From positions 62,001 through 126,000 of the IMG/VR virus record IMGVR_UViG_3300033997_000092: DNA of 64,000 bases; one strand, written 5' to 3'. Below the pieces are notes generated by a model. That model made no database searches and was not told where the DNA came from. It saw only the letters and a program-made list of their open reading frames with translations. Positions 36,571 to 45,900 of the stretch are shown one piece after another; position 1 is the stretch's first letter; each line of letters opens with the position of its first letter. The position numbers were made by a program, and so were the translations under genes.

Positions 36571-37104
36571 TTATGTAGGATCGAATTTTGAGATTATTTT
36601 TAAGGATTCCACAAGTTCACGGACTGCGTATCCACCCTTATCTATATTATCGATATACAGGCGACAGATTTCAACCATCTCCTCAGCATCGGCCAGATAT
36701 GTATAGAATGGATCTAAAGCAACACGGACAAATGTTTTACGTTCGTCTTTGGTCCTGAGTGACTTCATATCGTTAGAGTATTCGTGGGTGACGTAGTTCT
36801 CAAATGCTTCAAGCATCTTACTCAAAGAACTACGAACCTTAGCACACTCAGTTAATATTTCAGTTGCTCTGGAACGGAAAGCGTGGTCGTTGATTATTGA
36901 TGTGTGGAGCTTTTTAACAAAGTTAGGTGAACCAGCTTTTAGGGTACCTAAAGTACGCTGTTTGTGCATTAAAGCCAGTTCGTCCTTGAATTCATCAAAA
37001 GGAAGACGGAAATGCGGAAACTTACGGAACGCCTCAGCTATCCTGATATACCGTTCATCTTTAACAAGTTTACGATTTAAGCGATCACGTAATTGCTTTT
37101 CCAT
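36571..37104 (-). CDS. Helical protein, possibly UvsY-like recombination mediator
   Basis: 177 aa, coiled/helical, adjacent to the UvsW-like helicase as in T4-type genomes; no diagnostic motif. Confidence 0.35.
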   Translation of the reverse strand: MEKQLRDRLNRKLVKDERYIRIAEAFRKFPHFRLPFDEFKDELALMHKQRTLGTLKAGSPNFVKKLHTSIINDHAFRSRATEILTECAKVRSSLSKMLEAFENYVTHEYSNDMKSLRTKDERKTFVRVALDPFYTYLADAEEMVEICRLYIDNIDKGGYAVRELVESLKIISKFDPT

Positions 37105-37106
37105 AT

Positions 37107-37517
37107 CTACTCCACGACAACAAGATTTGTTAAAGGAGGATGTGCAGGTATAACTACAATACCACCTTCATCATCAGAATAAATGAATACACCACCAAGC
37201 CCTTCGGTTTGATGGCCACACATCGTTTCAAGTTTGACATTCTCACGCACATAGAAATGCGTAGGATTGAAGTTCATCTTCTTATTATTTACAATAAACA
37301 GGCTACCAATAACATCACCTACAAGGTTGTTTAAAAGGTAGTGATGGCATTCAGCGCTGTAGGCTTTTAAACTATCTTTGTCCACATGCACTTCGCCCAC
37401 AGGAGAAGAACGCAAGAACAGAATAGCGCTTCTGTTCTTGGTATGATCACGTAGGACAAATTGTCCTACGGTCATGTTGTTAGGCAGATTGAAGTCTGCT
37501 CCGTTGATTGGTATCAT
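37107..37517 (-). CDS. Hypothetical protein
   Basis: 136 aa, overlaps the upstream stop (ATGA). Confidence 0.6.
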   Translation of the reverse strand: MIPINGADFNLPNNMTVGQFVLRDHTKNRSAILFLRSSPVGEVHVDKDSLKAYSAECHHYLLNNLVGDVIGSLFIVNNKKMNFNPTHFYVRENVKLETMCGHQTEGLGGVFIYSDDEGGIVVIPAHPPLTNLVVVE

Positions 37518-38710
37518 GCTGTAATGAATCCCACAACAGTAATGTCACCACTATCACAGGAACCTACCATGCGGTAAATCGATGGAGAACCTGCTTCGTT
37601 ATTGAACACAGAGAACTGAGAAGTGGGTGCATTCTTGATACACTGGAAAGTATCAAAGAATATACGTGGGTCCAACTTGACAGACAATTCTTTGCCGCGG
37701 AAGTTCTTTGCTTTGAACTTCTCTGACAATGTTCCACGGTCAGACGAGTGACCGAATTTGATTTTCTCACTGGTGATACCCAGGTCAATAACAGCATTGT
37801 CCTTGCCTTTAGTTACCGCAATCAGGTTCGTAAGAATATCACGAATGGCATCAGATGCAGTAAACTCTACAACAGGCTTTTTGAGACTTTCCAGTAACTG
37901 GAACACGTGGTCAGTAGCAGTGTCCTGTAAGGGAGGTAAGCTAACAACGATGTCGTCACCGATTATATAAAAGTTCTCACTGTCCATAGCAAAGGCCAAG
38001 TCGCCGTTTATAACACGATCCAACATACTGAAAACAGAAGTTGAAACACTGATTGAAAACGGTTTGATGTCACGACGTTCTTCTTTCGTAGGTTTGTAAC
38101 TTGAGACAACATGATGAATATGCCAGTCATCAGAAGACACAACACGTAAACAAGAACCGTCGTAGGTAATAGTAGCAACACTGACAAAGTTGTCAACGAA
38201 GGCACACTTAAGGCGTGTGATACGGACACTTTCTGCGATAGCTCCAAACAACGTATCGTTTACCTTGATACCAGAAGCGGCACGTGCCTCACGATTAGAG
38301 TCAATGCTTTCCATAGTAGAAAGGAAACGAGTAGAGTGTCGGTCGGCCATATCCTGCGATACTTTAATCTCACCAGAGAAACGACCAGACTTAAATTTCA
38401 ACGCGGCTGGAACAGGAGTGAATGTAAGTTCACCACGACCTTTAACCATTGACTTAAGGAAGTCCAAGTCGTCAAAAGTGAAGATTTCGTTAGTGCCTGT
38501 ACCTGCACCTAAGTCAATACGACAGAAAGAATCGTCACCTTGAGCAGCAAGTGAAAGTGTCTTGCCATTGAACAATACATAGCGACAGCCACTCTGTTTA
38601 ACTGGTACTACTTGCAACACACGATCTATTGCTTTAACCAGCTTGGCAGCATCAACAATAAATCCGTCACCGGAAGCGGGCTTCTTGGCCTTTTCTTTAT
38701 TCTTTGCCAT
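37514..38710 (-). CDS. dnaN: DNA polymerase III beta-like sliding clamp
   Basis: 398 aa with three-domain periodicity; LRVVSSDDWHI resembles VATDGHRL and LDPRIFFDTFQCI resembles FNxxYLxDxLxxI; near the polymerase. Confidence 0.7.
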   Translation of the reverse strand: MAKNKEKAKKPASGDGFIVDAAKLVKAIDRVLQVVPVKQSGCRYVLFNGKTLSLAAQGDDSFCRIDLGAGTGTNEIFTFDDLDFLKSMVKGRGELTFTPVPAALKFKSGRFSGEIKVSQDMADRHSTRFLSTMESIDSNREARAASGIKVNDTLFGAIAESVRITRLKCAFVDNFVSVATITYDGSCLRVVSSDDWHIHHVVSSYKPTKEERRDIKPFSISVSTSVFSMLDRVINGDLAFAMDSENFYIIGDDIVVSLPPLQDTATDHVFQLLESLKKPVVEFTASDAIRDILTNLIAVTKGKDNAVIDLGITSEKIKFGHSSDRGTLSEKFKAKNFRGKELSVKLDPRIFFDTFQCIKNAPTSQFSVFNNEAGSPSIYRMVGSCDSGDITVVGFITA

Positions 38711-39131
38711 TTGCTTTTCCTAAAACTACGTTGTCTGTATCTTTCTTTACAGCAATGGTATAACCAACAAGAGGCAAAGAATAAACCTTTCCTGCTGCTG
38801 TAATATTGTTGTTGCTGTCTAAGATTGGAATGATACGTACCTGCGATTCTGGAAACAATCCGTTGATTACTCCAAGTAAGCCTATGTAGCTTAATTTGCC
38901 GCTGAGTGCAATTACCTCAGCCGACGATTGTGCCAAAGCGGGACTACACATGAGAAGGTCAGTTGTCAAGGCTGACATTGTAGCTGGGTCAGCCTCGTAC
39001 ATTACGTTGAGTAAGTTTGCAGCCGTGTAAGTTTGTGTATTAACGGTACTGCGTAAATCAGCTTTGAACGCATCACGCAAATGCTCAGGCAAATGCGTGG
39101 CGTACTTGTCGAATATTTCCTGTAAAAGCAT
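38697..39131 (-). CDS. Hypothetical protein
   Basis: 144 aa between the polymerase and the clamp. Confidence 0.6.
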   Translation of the reverse strand: MLLQEIFDKYATHLPEHLRDAFKADLRSTVNTQTYTAANLLNVMYEADPATMSALTTDLLMCSPALAQSSAEVIALSGKLSYIGLLGVINGLFPESQVRIIPILDSNNNITAAGKVYSLPLVGYTIAVKKDTDNVVLGKANGKE

Positions 39132-39134
39132 AAA

Positions 39135-42100
39135 TTACCTCGCAGCCAATGCGGCTTTTTTAGCTTTCTCTACCTTAGAGCTTTTTGAGGATTTCTCTTG
39201 TGCTTCACGTTCACGCTGGGCAAGTTCTTCCTTATAAGCAGCTAAGGATTTGAGATTCTTAGGCTTCTCACTGTGGTAACGGTCGATGACTTTCAATTCC
39301 TGTTTAGACAGAGGGTTCTTCTTCATGCCAGGAATTTCAATATCGTTTGCCCACAATTGTTTTTGTAACCACTCAGGCATCAGATGGTACTGTTTACGCA
39401 TAATGAGTTTGGTTACCTTATCCTCATTAACGTCGTAGCCAAGTTCCTCTTTCTGCATTTTAAGAGCAGCGCGAACCAGAGGTTCCATATCGTTGTATGC
39501 CCAGCTCCACTTCTCAACATCACGTTCGGTAGCACCGACTTCAATATCGATTTCAGGAGCACTCATAATGTGGTAGCCGTAGGTCTTCTCAACGAATTCC
39601 TTACAACCAACAGTCATAGCGTGTTCAATAAACTGAACAGCTAACCAGAACCATTCGTAGTCCACTTCAACTGTCAAGCTGTCGTGTACAGATACGTTTA
39701 GGTTCATCTGTGGATATACACCTGTCTTCAGGAAATAGTCGTATTTGTATTTGTCGATTAGACGAATAGCCAACATCATCAAATCAGAACCAAAGCCTTG
39801 TACAGGACTGTTAACAGACTGACGCAAGCACTTATTGATTACACTGCGAATCTGTTTGTCCAGCATAGACATACTGGTAATCTGCTTCAGGTGACCTTCG
39901 AACATCAACGGCCATAATGTACGACGACGACCTACAGGAGATTCAACATAATAGTTATCACGGGCACCGTTCTTAACAATATCGAACCACTTCAAGCCTA
40001 CTGGGAAACGATCAAGGAACTGGCCTTTAATCTTGCCGATTTCTTTCACACTACGGCCAGTAGAGTTTGCGAGACCTTCATCGCCCTGCTGGTAAATCAA
40101 TCCGAATATTACCGTCTTAACGGCATCACGAATCGATTTGGTTACTTGCTCGATTGGAAGACCGAAGAAGTATGCAGCGTTGATTTTGTGAACGTCACCA
40201 TCTAACTCAATACGTTGCGCTATCCAAGGATCAGGAACAATCTTGAACCTGTCACGCAGTTGTTTACCTACATCAAATACGTCAGCAACGCCTTTGTCAC
40301 CAGAAATAATTGACCAGCCACGGACTTCGTGTGCAGAGTAGTCGACCTTGATTAACAGTGAACCAGGACGGCTTATCAACAAACGCTTGATGTATTTGGA
40401 CAATGCACCACGGCTAGGAATCTGCTGTAGATTTGGATCCGATGCAGATGTACGACCAGTAACAACGTCCTGATATGAATATGTCGGACGCATACGGAAC
40501 GTAGTTTTAAAGTCAAGGTCTTCGCTGTACTTAGTGATAAAGCTGTTCACATAAGCATTGCGAATCTTGTAGGCTTTCTGCAAGTCAGTGTAAGCTGCAA
40601 CTACTTCGTTGTCGGCATACTTCTTCTGGAAAGCTTTATCAATCTTGCCTTCAGGTAAACCGTTCTTGCGAATCTTCTTGCCTTCTTCGACAGGCTTCAG
40701 GCCAAGAACATCAAAGAACAGTATTTGCTTGTGTTCACTCTGGCTCAGGTCAAAGTGTTTGATGTTAACACTGCCGTAAAGGCCTGACTGAGGAACAGAA
40801 CGACCTGCACTGATAACTTTGTTGGCCTTAGCTACAGCAGAACTGCTAAGAATCTTGTGTTCTTTCTCGTCGATGATTTTATTGATAGGACTATCAGGCA
40901 TCTTGAGTGAGAACAGGTAATCGATGTCACACAATGCTCCAGTCGTTTCAAGAATGGAGAACGAATGTATCTGGTTACCTACCATATCACGGACCATCTT
41001 GACGTATTTGTCGTAATGGATGTCTTTGGCGCGCTTCTTCTGTTTAAAGAAGATTGCTAACGGTATCAGGACGTCGAGACTACAGTATTGCAGTACAGGT
41101 TCCGTTAAAGGATTGTCTGCTATGAATGCACGGTTCTCTTTACCGAATGGGTTGTCGTAGAAGGCAAAACAGCCGTACTGGACAGCAAGGTTACCTAAGT
41201 TGTAATAACCACTACCAGTAGCAGTATGGAGCAGCTTCATGTTTTCATCGAGAGCAAACTCGCCAGCACACACGTCCCAAACAGGCGCCTTGTAGTACCT
41301 GATGTTGAAATTGGTACGCATTACGTTCAAGTCGAACTTAGCGTTGGTATAGATTTGGCATTTATTATTGTTTGCTTGCTCGAAGTAATCACGCAACATA
41401 TCCGAAATCTTCAACAACTCACTGCCAGTAAATGGGCTGTCTTTGTGAAAGATTGGAATAATGTATGCCTCAGACAAGTCACAGGCAAATTGTATTGTCT
41501 GTATCTTGTTGTTTATCCTGTACAGGTTTTGCGTTTCCGTATCTATCGACACGTACTTTTGTTTCGACATATACTTCAGGAGCTTGCGTACTTCTTTGAG
41601 CTCCGTAATGTAGTGCGTTTCATAGAAAGGCTTGTAAGCACCTTTTTTAGATACTTTGTACAGGTCAGGTATTTTGTAACGCATCTGGCCACGCTCGAAA
41701 GCAGTGACCAAGTTACGTGCTACGTAACCAGACAGATAAATGCCTTCCTTTGCTTTACCAAACAGCGAATTCAGTGAGAGCGTAGGGACAACGGTGCACG
41801 TATGCTCTTTATCTTTGTAGGAAAAAGTAGTCTCTACTGATGTACCCAAGTAGTTGGTAAAGTTGCCTTTAGTACGCATCAAAGCCGATGAACACATACT
41901 CTGGAACGGCTGCTTGCCAAACATAACTACAACAGTTGGTTTGTAATCAAGGACTGTTTTACGCAAGTGTTTGGCAAAGCTTTCGTTGGCATCAGCACGA
42001 ATTGAATCAAGCTCTTTGCCGTATGTTTTGAATTGGTTGAAAGGTACTGCCATCCAATCCAAATCTTCTTCACCGAACTCAGCACCGTAATACTGTTTAG

Positions 42101-42311
42101 CCAGATTACACAGTAAGAAGAAACGCTCACCGTTGCTATCGTGGAACAGCTTCTTGGCAGCTAGATCTTCTGTCGAAATGTGATCCAAAACAAACAAAAC
42201 CCTGAATGGGGCTTTTTTGTTGCGTTGGACCACAGAGCGTACCCCATAAAGAGGTATTCTCTTGAATTGCTTTGGTGGACGATATGTATTGTCGAGATAG
42301 GTAAGACCCAT
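39135..42311 (-). CDS. polA: Family A DNA polymerase with 3'-5' exonuclease and N-terminal UDG-like domain
   Basis: ExoI IDTET, ExoII NAKFD, ExoIII YCSLD; TGRTSASDPNLQQIP, motif A DYSAHEVR, motif B RDAVKTVIFGLIY, motif C VHDS. Confidence 0.95.
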   Translation of the reverse strand: MGLTYLDNTYRPPKQFKRIPLYGVRSVVQRNKKAPFRVLFVLDHISTEDLAAKKLFHDSNGERFFLLCNLAKQYYGAEFGEEDLDWMAVPFNQFKTYGKELDSIRADANESFAKHLRKTVLDYKPTVVVMFGKQPFQSMCSSALMRTKGNFTNYLGTSVETTFSYKDKEHTCTVVPTLSLNSLFGKAKEGIYLSGYVARNLVTAFERGQMRYKIPDLYKVSKKGAYKPFYETHYITELKEVRKLLKYMSKQKYVSIDTETQNLYRINNKIQTIQFACDLSEAYIIPIFHKDSPFTGSELLKISDMLRDYFEQANNNKCQIYTNAKFDLNVMRTNFNIRYYKAPVWDVCAGEFALDENMKLLHTATGSGYYNLGNLAVQYGCFAFYDNPFGKENRAFIADNPLTEPVLQYCSLDVLIPLAIFFKQKKRAKDIHYDKYVKMVRDMVGNQIHSFSILETTGALCDIDYLFSLKMPDSPINKIIDEKEHKILSSSAVAKANKVISAGRSVPQSGLYGSVNIKHFDLSQSEHKQILFFDVLGLKPVEEGKKIRKNGLPEGKIDKAFQKKYADNEVVAAYTDLQKAYKIRNAYVNSFITKYSEDLDFKTTFRMRPTYSYQDVVTGRTSASDPNLQQIPSRGALSKYIKRLLISRPGSLLIKVDYSAHEVRGWSIISGDKGVADVFDVGKQLRDRFKIVPDPWIAQRIELDGDVHKINAAYFFGLPIEQVTKSIRDAVKTVIFGLIYQQGDEGLANSTGRSVKEIGKIKGQFLDRFPVGLKWFDIVKNGARDNYYVESPVGRRRTLWPLMFEGHLKQITSMSMLDKQIRSVINKCLRQSVNSPVQGFGSDLMMLAIRLIDKYKYDYFLKTGVYPQMNLNVSVHDSLTVEVDYEWFWLAVQFIEHAMTVGCKEFVEKTYGYHIMSAPEIDIEVGATERDVEKWSWAYNDMEPLVRAALKMQKEELGYDVNEDKVTKLIMRKQYHLMPEWLQKQLWANDIEIPGMKKNPLSKQELKVIDRYHSEKPKNLKSLAAYKEELAQREREAQEKSSKSSKVEKAKKAALAAR

Positions 42312-42341
42312 GCCCTAATACTCCTGTTGACGAACTACATA

Positions 42342-42351
42342 GTATTTACAG
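42342..42351 (-). promoter_or_regulatory. Putative phage promoter CTGTAAATAC
   Basis: Between a terminator and the polymerase RBS; core motif 32 nt from the ATG. Confidence 0.6.
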
Positions 42352-42357
42352 AAATAG

Positions 42358-42384
42358 AAAAGGCAGCTTGTTAGGCTGCCTTTT
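42358..42384. terminator. Intrinsic terminator (bidirectional form)
   Basis: AAAAGGCAGC-TTGTTAG-GCTGCCTTTT. Confidence 0.85.
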
Positions 42385-42390
42385 GGGTTC

Positions 42391-42906
42391 TTACGTCGGA
42401 CGCTTGTGTCCATTTTGGTGGTGATTACGATGTTGATTTTGTTGTTGGTTCTGCTGATTGGTAGTCTGGGCAGGAGCAGGTTCTTTGTTTTCAACCTTGG
42501 CTTCTTGTACAGGCTGTTCAACAGCAGGTGCAGCAGGTGCGACCTCTTTAACAGGTTCTTGCTGAGCAGGCTTAACTTCTTCCTGCACAGGGTGAGGATC
42601 GTAAGTGTCTTTACACACTGACAATTCACCAATCTTACCTTTGATGTAATCTTCAGTAAGATCAACGTGTGTGATATAACCACGTTTATTCCAGTCACGC
42701 ATAATGCCATCAGGGAACGGACCGTCGTAGCTAAAGGGCATCCCATTATTGGGATACCCAGGATTGAATTTACCACTACATTCAAACCGTTGTTTAGCTT
42801 TGACAGTTGCCGGACCCCAAATGCCATCACACTTGCCGTTGTAGTAGCCTAACAGAGCCAGAATTATCTGCTGGCGTTGCAAGACTTCAGGGCTAAATGA
42901 GTGCAT
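42391..42906 (-). CDS. Peptidoglycan-binding (PG_binding_1-like) domain protein with low-complexity tail
   Basis: QQIILALLGYYNGKCDGIWGPATVKA..RF; C-terminus rich in P/A/E/Q/N. Confidence 0.8.
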   Translation of the reverse strand: MHSFSPEVLQRQQIILALLGYYNGKCDGIWGPATVKAKQRFECSGKFNPGYPNNGMPFSYDGPFPDGIMRDWNKRGYITHVDLTEDYIKGKIGELSVCKDTYDPHPVQEEVKPAQQEPVKEVAPAAPAVEQPVQEAKVENKEPAPAQTTNQQNQQQNQHRNHHQNGHKRPT

Positions 42907-42918
42907 TTGGTTTCTCCG

Positions 42919-45900
42919 TTAACGAATTGAATCAAGCGCTTCAACTACAGACTCGACGTTCGTAATAACGTAGCCGGCTTTAGTCAGTTCACGCAGTTTG
43001 TCTTTGGCTTGGCGCTTGGTAGCAGCAAAGAACACTGTCATACCTGGATGCAACTGCCACTTAGCAGTAGTGCCAGGAATAGTGTTACCCAATACCTTAC
43101 GTACAACTGGGTTAGTTGCCAAATCAACTACTATACGCAGGCGGTCATGTAACACGACAGGATATGCCTTGAAGGATTTCTTGTCGGTTGCTTCTTGCTT
43201 GCGAGTACGGAAGAAGTTAGGCAGCTTGCTTTGTACTTCCAGAGCCTGTTTAGCATCGAAGCCCATACGACCTGAATCTTCAAACACGTCCATAACCTTT
43301 TCTATGCGTTTTTCCGTGTCAGGAGTGACTTGGAATTTAGCTTCGATAAAGTCGATGAACTTGTCGAAGTGACGGTAGTTCTTGAAGTCACAGTAAGCGA
43401 ACTCACCGTGTGGGATAAACCCAAACTTCTTGAGGTCTAACGAATCAGGATCGTTGTTGGTAGCATGAATACTAATGAAGCCGTTGTATACAGACGGATG
43501 TAACTTGAGTTTCATGTCTTTGGTAGGCACAGTTTTGGTTGCGCCTTTTTGTCCAGCAACAGGAACTACTTTATTCACAGCTACAGTACCATCTTTAACA
43601 GGTTTCACACGTTTTACTTTTTCGACTCCATCATTCACAGGCTTGCCTGCAACTTTATTGGACTTACGAATTGTCTTACGTTGTGAAGTACGTACAACTT
43701 GTTCGCCTGTCTCTTTGTTTGACTTGCGTTTGGTTGCACGGGCCTCGGCCATATCCGTGACTTCCTTCTCCTCACGTTCAGCGGACTTCTCGATACGTTT
43801 CTTGGACTTGTCATCCTTGTACGGATCTTCCGCAGTGAAGAAGCGGTCGTAATTTGACGGATTGGCTTTAGTAGCCACAAATACGTTGTCGATACGGTGA
43901 CGTAATTCTTCATCGTTGGCACGGTAACGTATCTTCACGTTGCTGATTGGGTCAACAGGATCAGGAACACGCTCACCATCAATAGTGACGTAGTTGATAG
44001 TGTAACCTGTAACGACACCTGTACCAAAGCCTGTACGCACAGGAAGCAAGTTCATCAACTCGTCCATACGCTCTACAAAGCCTTTAGTGTTTTTAACCCA
44101 TTCACGGAAACGCACAAGACCCCAACCATCAGGATCAGGAATACGTTGGTTAGGCATAATCGGGAACTGTTCCATGCGTTTGAAGTCACTTGGAATAGCT
44201 GGTACGTTCAGATCAATCATCTGCGCTACCGTAGTACGGCGCATTTCAGTGAATTCCTGACGTTCGATAGTTGCCAATGTAGCCTTCGCTTGGAAGTAAT
44301 CCATGAAGTCGCCCATTGTGTTTAAGTCACGCAGAGTTTCCAAGCTCATTGGGATACGATCAAGTACAATGCCGTTAATAGGCTCGTAGCGTGGATTACC
44401 CTTTTCATCGAACTTGGTCTTGTCTACTGTCTTCCACATCAGACGCGCAACTTTCGCTACTTCAGTTGTGTTGTTTGTCATCAGCCAATCGTTGTAGATT
44501 ACTTCACGTGCCATGTCACCAGGCTTGCCGTTTTCTACCTTAGCTGCTTTAGGATCTGGACGGAAAATACGTGCACCAGATTGCTCTAAGTCACCAGGAG
44601 ACCACGGAGTATCACTACGAATAATACGGCTACCCATCTGCAGGTTGTGACCTTCAGCGATTGCCTGTTCGTTGGCGACAAGAATATCCACATTCGGATC
44701 GTTAGCGAAGTCATCTAAATTCTGCCACTTGTTCTCACCGTAACGACCTACTTCACCGTGGAAGCGGCGAGCGCGGGCTTTGTACTTCGGAGGCAAGTGT
44801 TCAAAGATTGCATCCACACAACGAGTGTAACGGCAGAAAACGATAACTTTGCCGCGCATTTCAGGCTTCCAGTTCTCAGTATCTTTATCTGGAGATACAT
44901 CAGAAGGAGGAGTTTCCTTACGTGCAAGTTGTGCAGTTTCATCGGCAGCTATCGGTAGAGGACGACGCATGTAGTAAGCACCGTTATACCGTACAACATC
45001 GTACTCACGGGCAATCATACCGCGTTCCCAATCCACAACAGCACCAGGAGCAATGTTTGTTCCAGCAGTGTACTTACCAACAGTAAAATGTGTATCAAGA
45101 CGCTCAATCACTTTGCCGATCTTAGCAGGCATGAAGTCAAACTTCTTAATGCCGGCAGCGTCAGCAGCAATCCGGAATGCAGATTCACCCCAAGGGTCAG
45201 TAACAAGTTGTTCTACTGCTTGTAAGTAGGTTTGCAGACCAATAGAACCCAATGATGCAAGTTCATCATTGTCATCCATGTCAAGGTCACCGCCACCTTC
45301 TTCACCATCAGAAGTTTCGTCATCAGTTTCATCATCACCATCTTCAGAAGAAGTCTTACGCTTGTTCTTAACAGCGTTTTCCAAGTCTTCCAATGTCTGC
45401 TTTAACAGAGCTTGGTAAACTTCGCTATGAAGCAAGTTACCTGCGTGACCACCTTCATCCAAATCAAAATCAATAAAGATGTCGATTGGATTAGGCAACA
45501 TGAATGCCCACTCTTTACGCTTCAGAGTAATAACCGCAGCATATTTGGACAGCTTACTACGAACCACAAGTGGACCGTCTTCGGCTTTCATATCGATGCC
45601 TGATGTCTTCGGTGTTTTGTAGATATACGATGTCAACAGTGCGGATTGGCCAACAACGTCAGTTAATACGTCATGTACCAATGTACCTGTTGCCAGACGT
45701 GCAAACTGAATGCCGTCCATCGTAAAGACTTCTTTGACTGCTTTGTGTACAACTGATACGTGGTTGGACTCTGGGTCAAACTTCTTAGCTTTGTGCGATT
45801 CGTCCATCAAAACATAGTTCGGGTTGAACTGTTTGATAAACTCTACACCGCCAAGTGCTTTAACACGACGAGGTCCGTACATTACACTGTAAGGTTTCGA

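Noticed and set aside
42315-42830. Alternative 171-aa minus-strand ORF overlapping the PG-binding gene
   Set aside because: Crosses the terminator and promoter; the other frame has the RBS and the recognisable domain.
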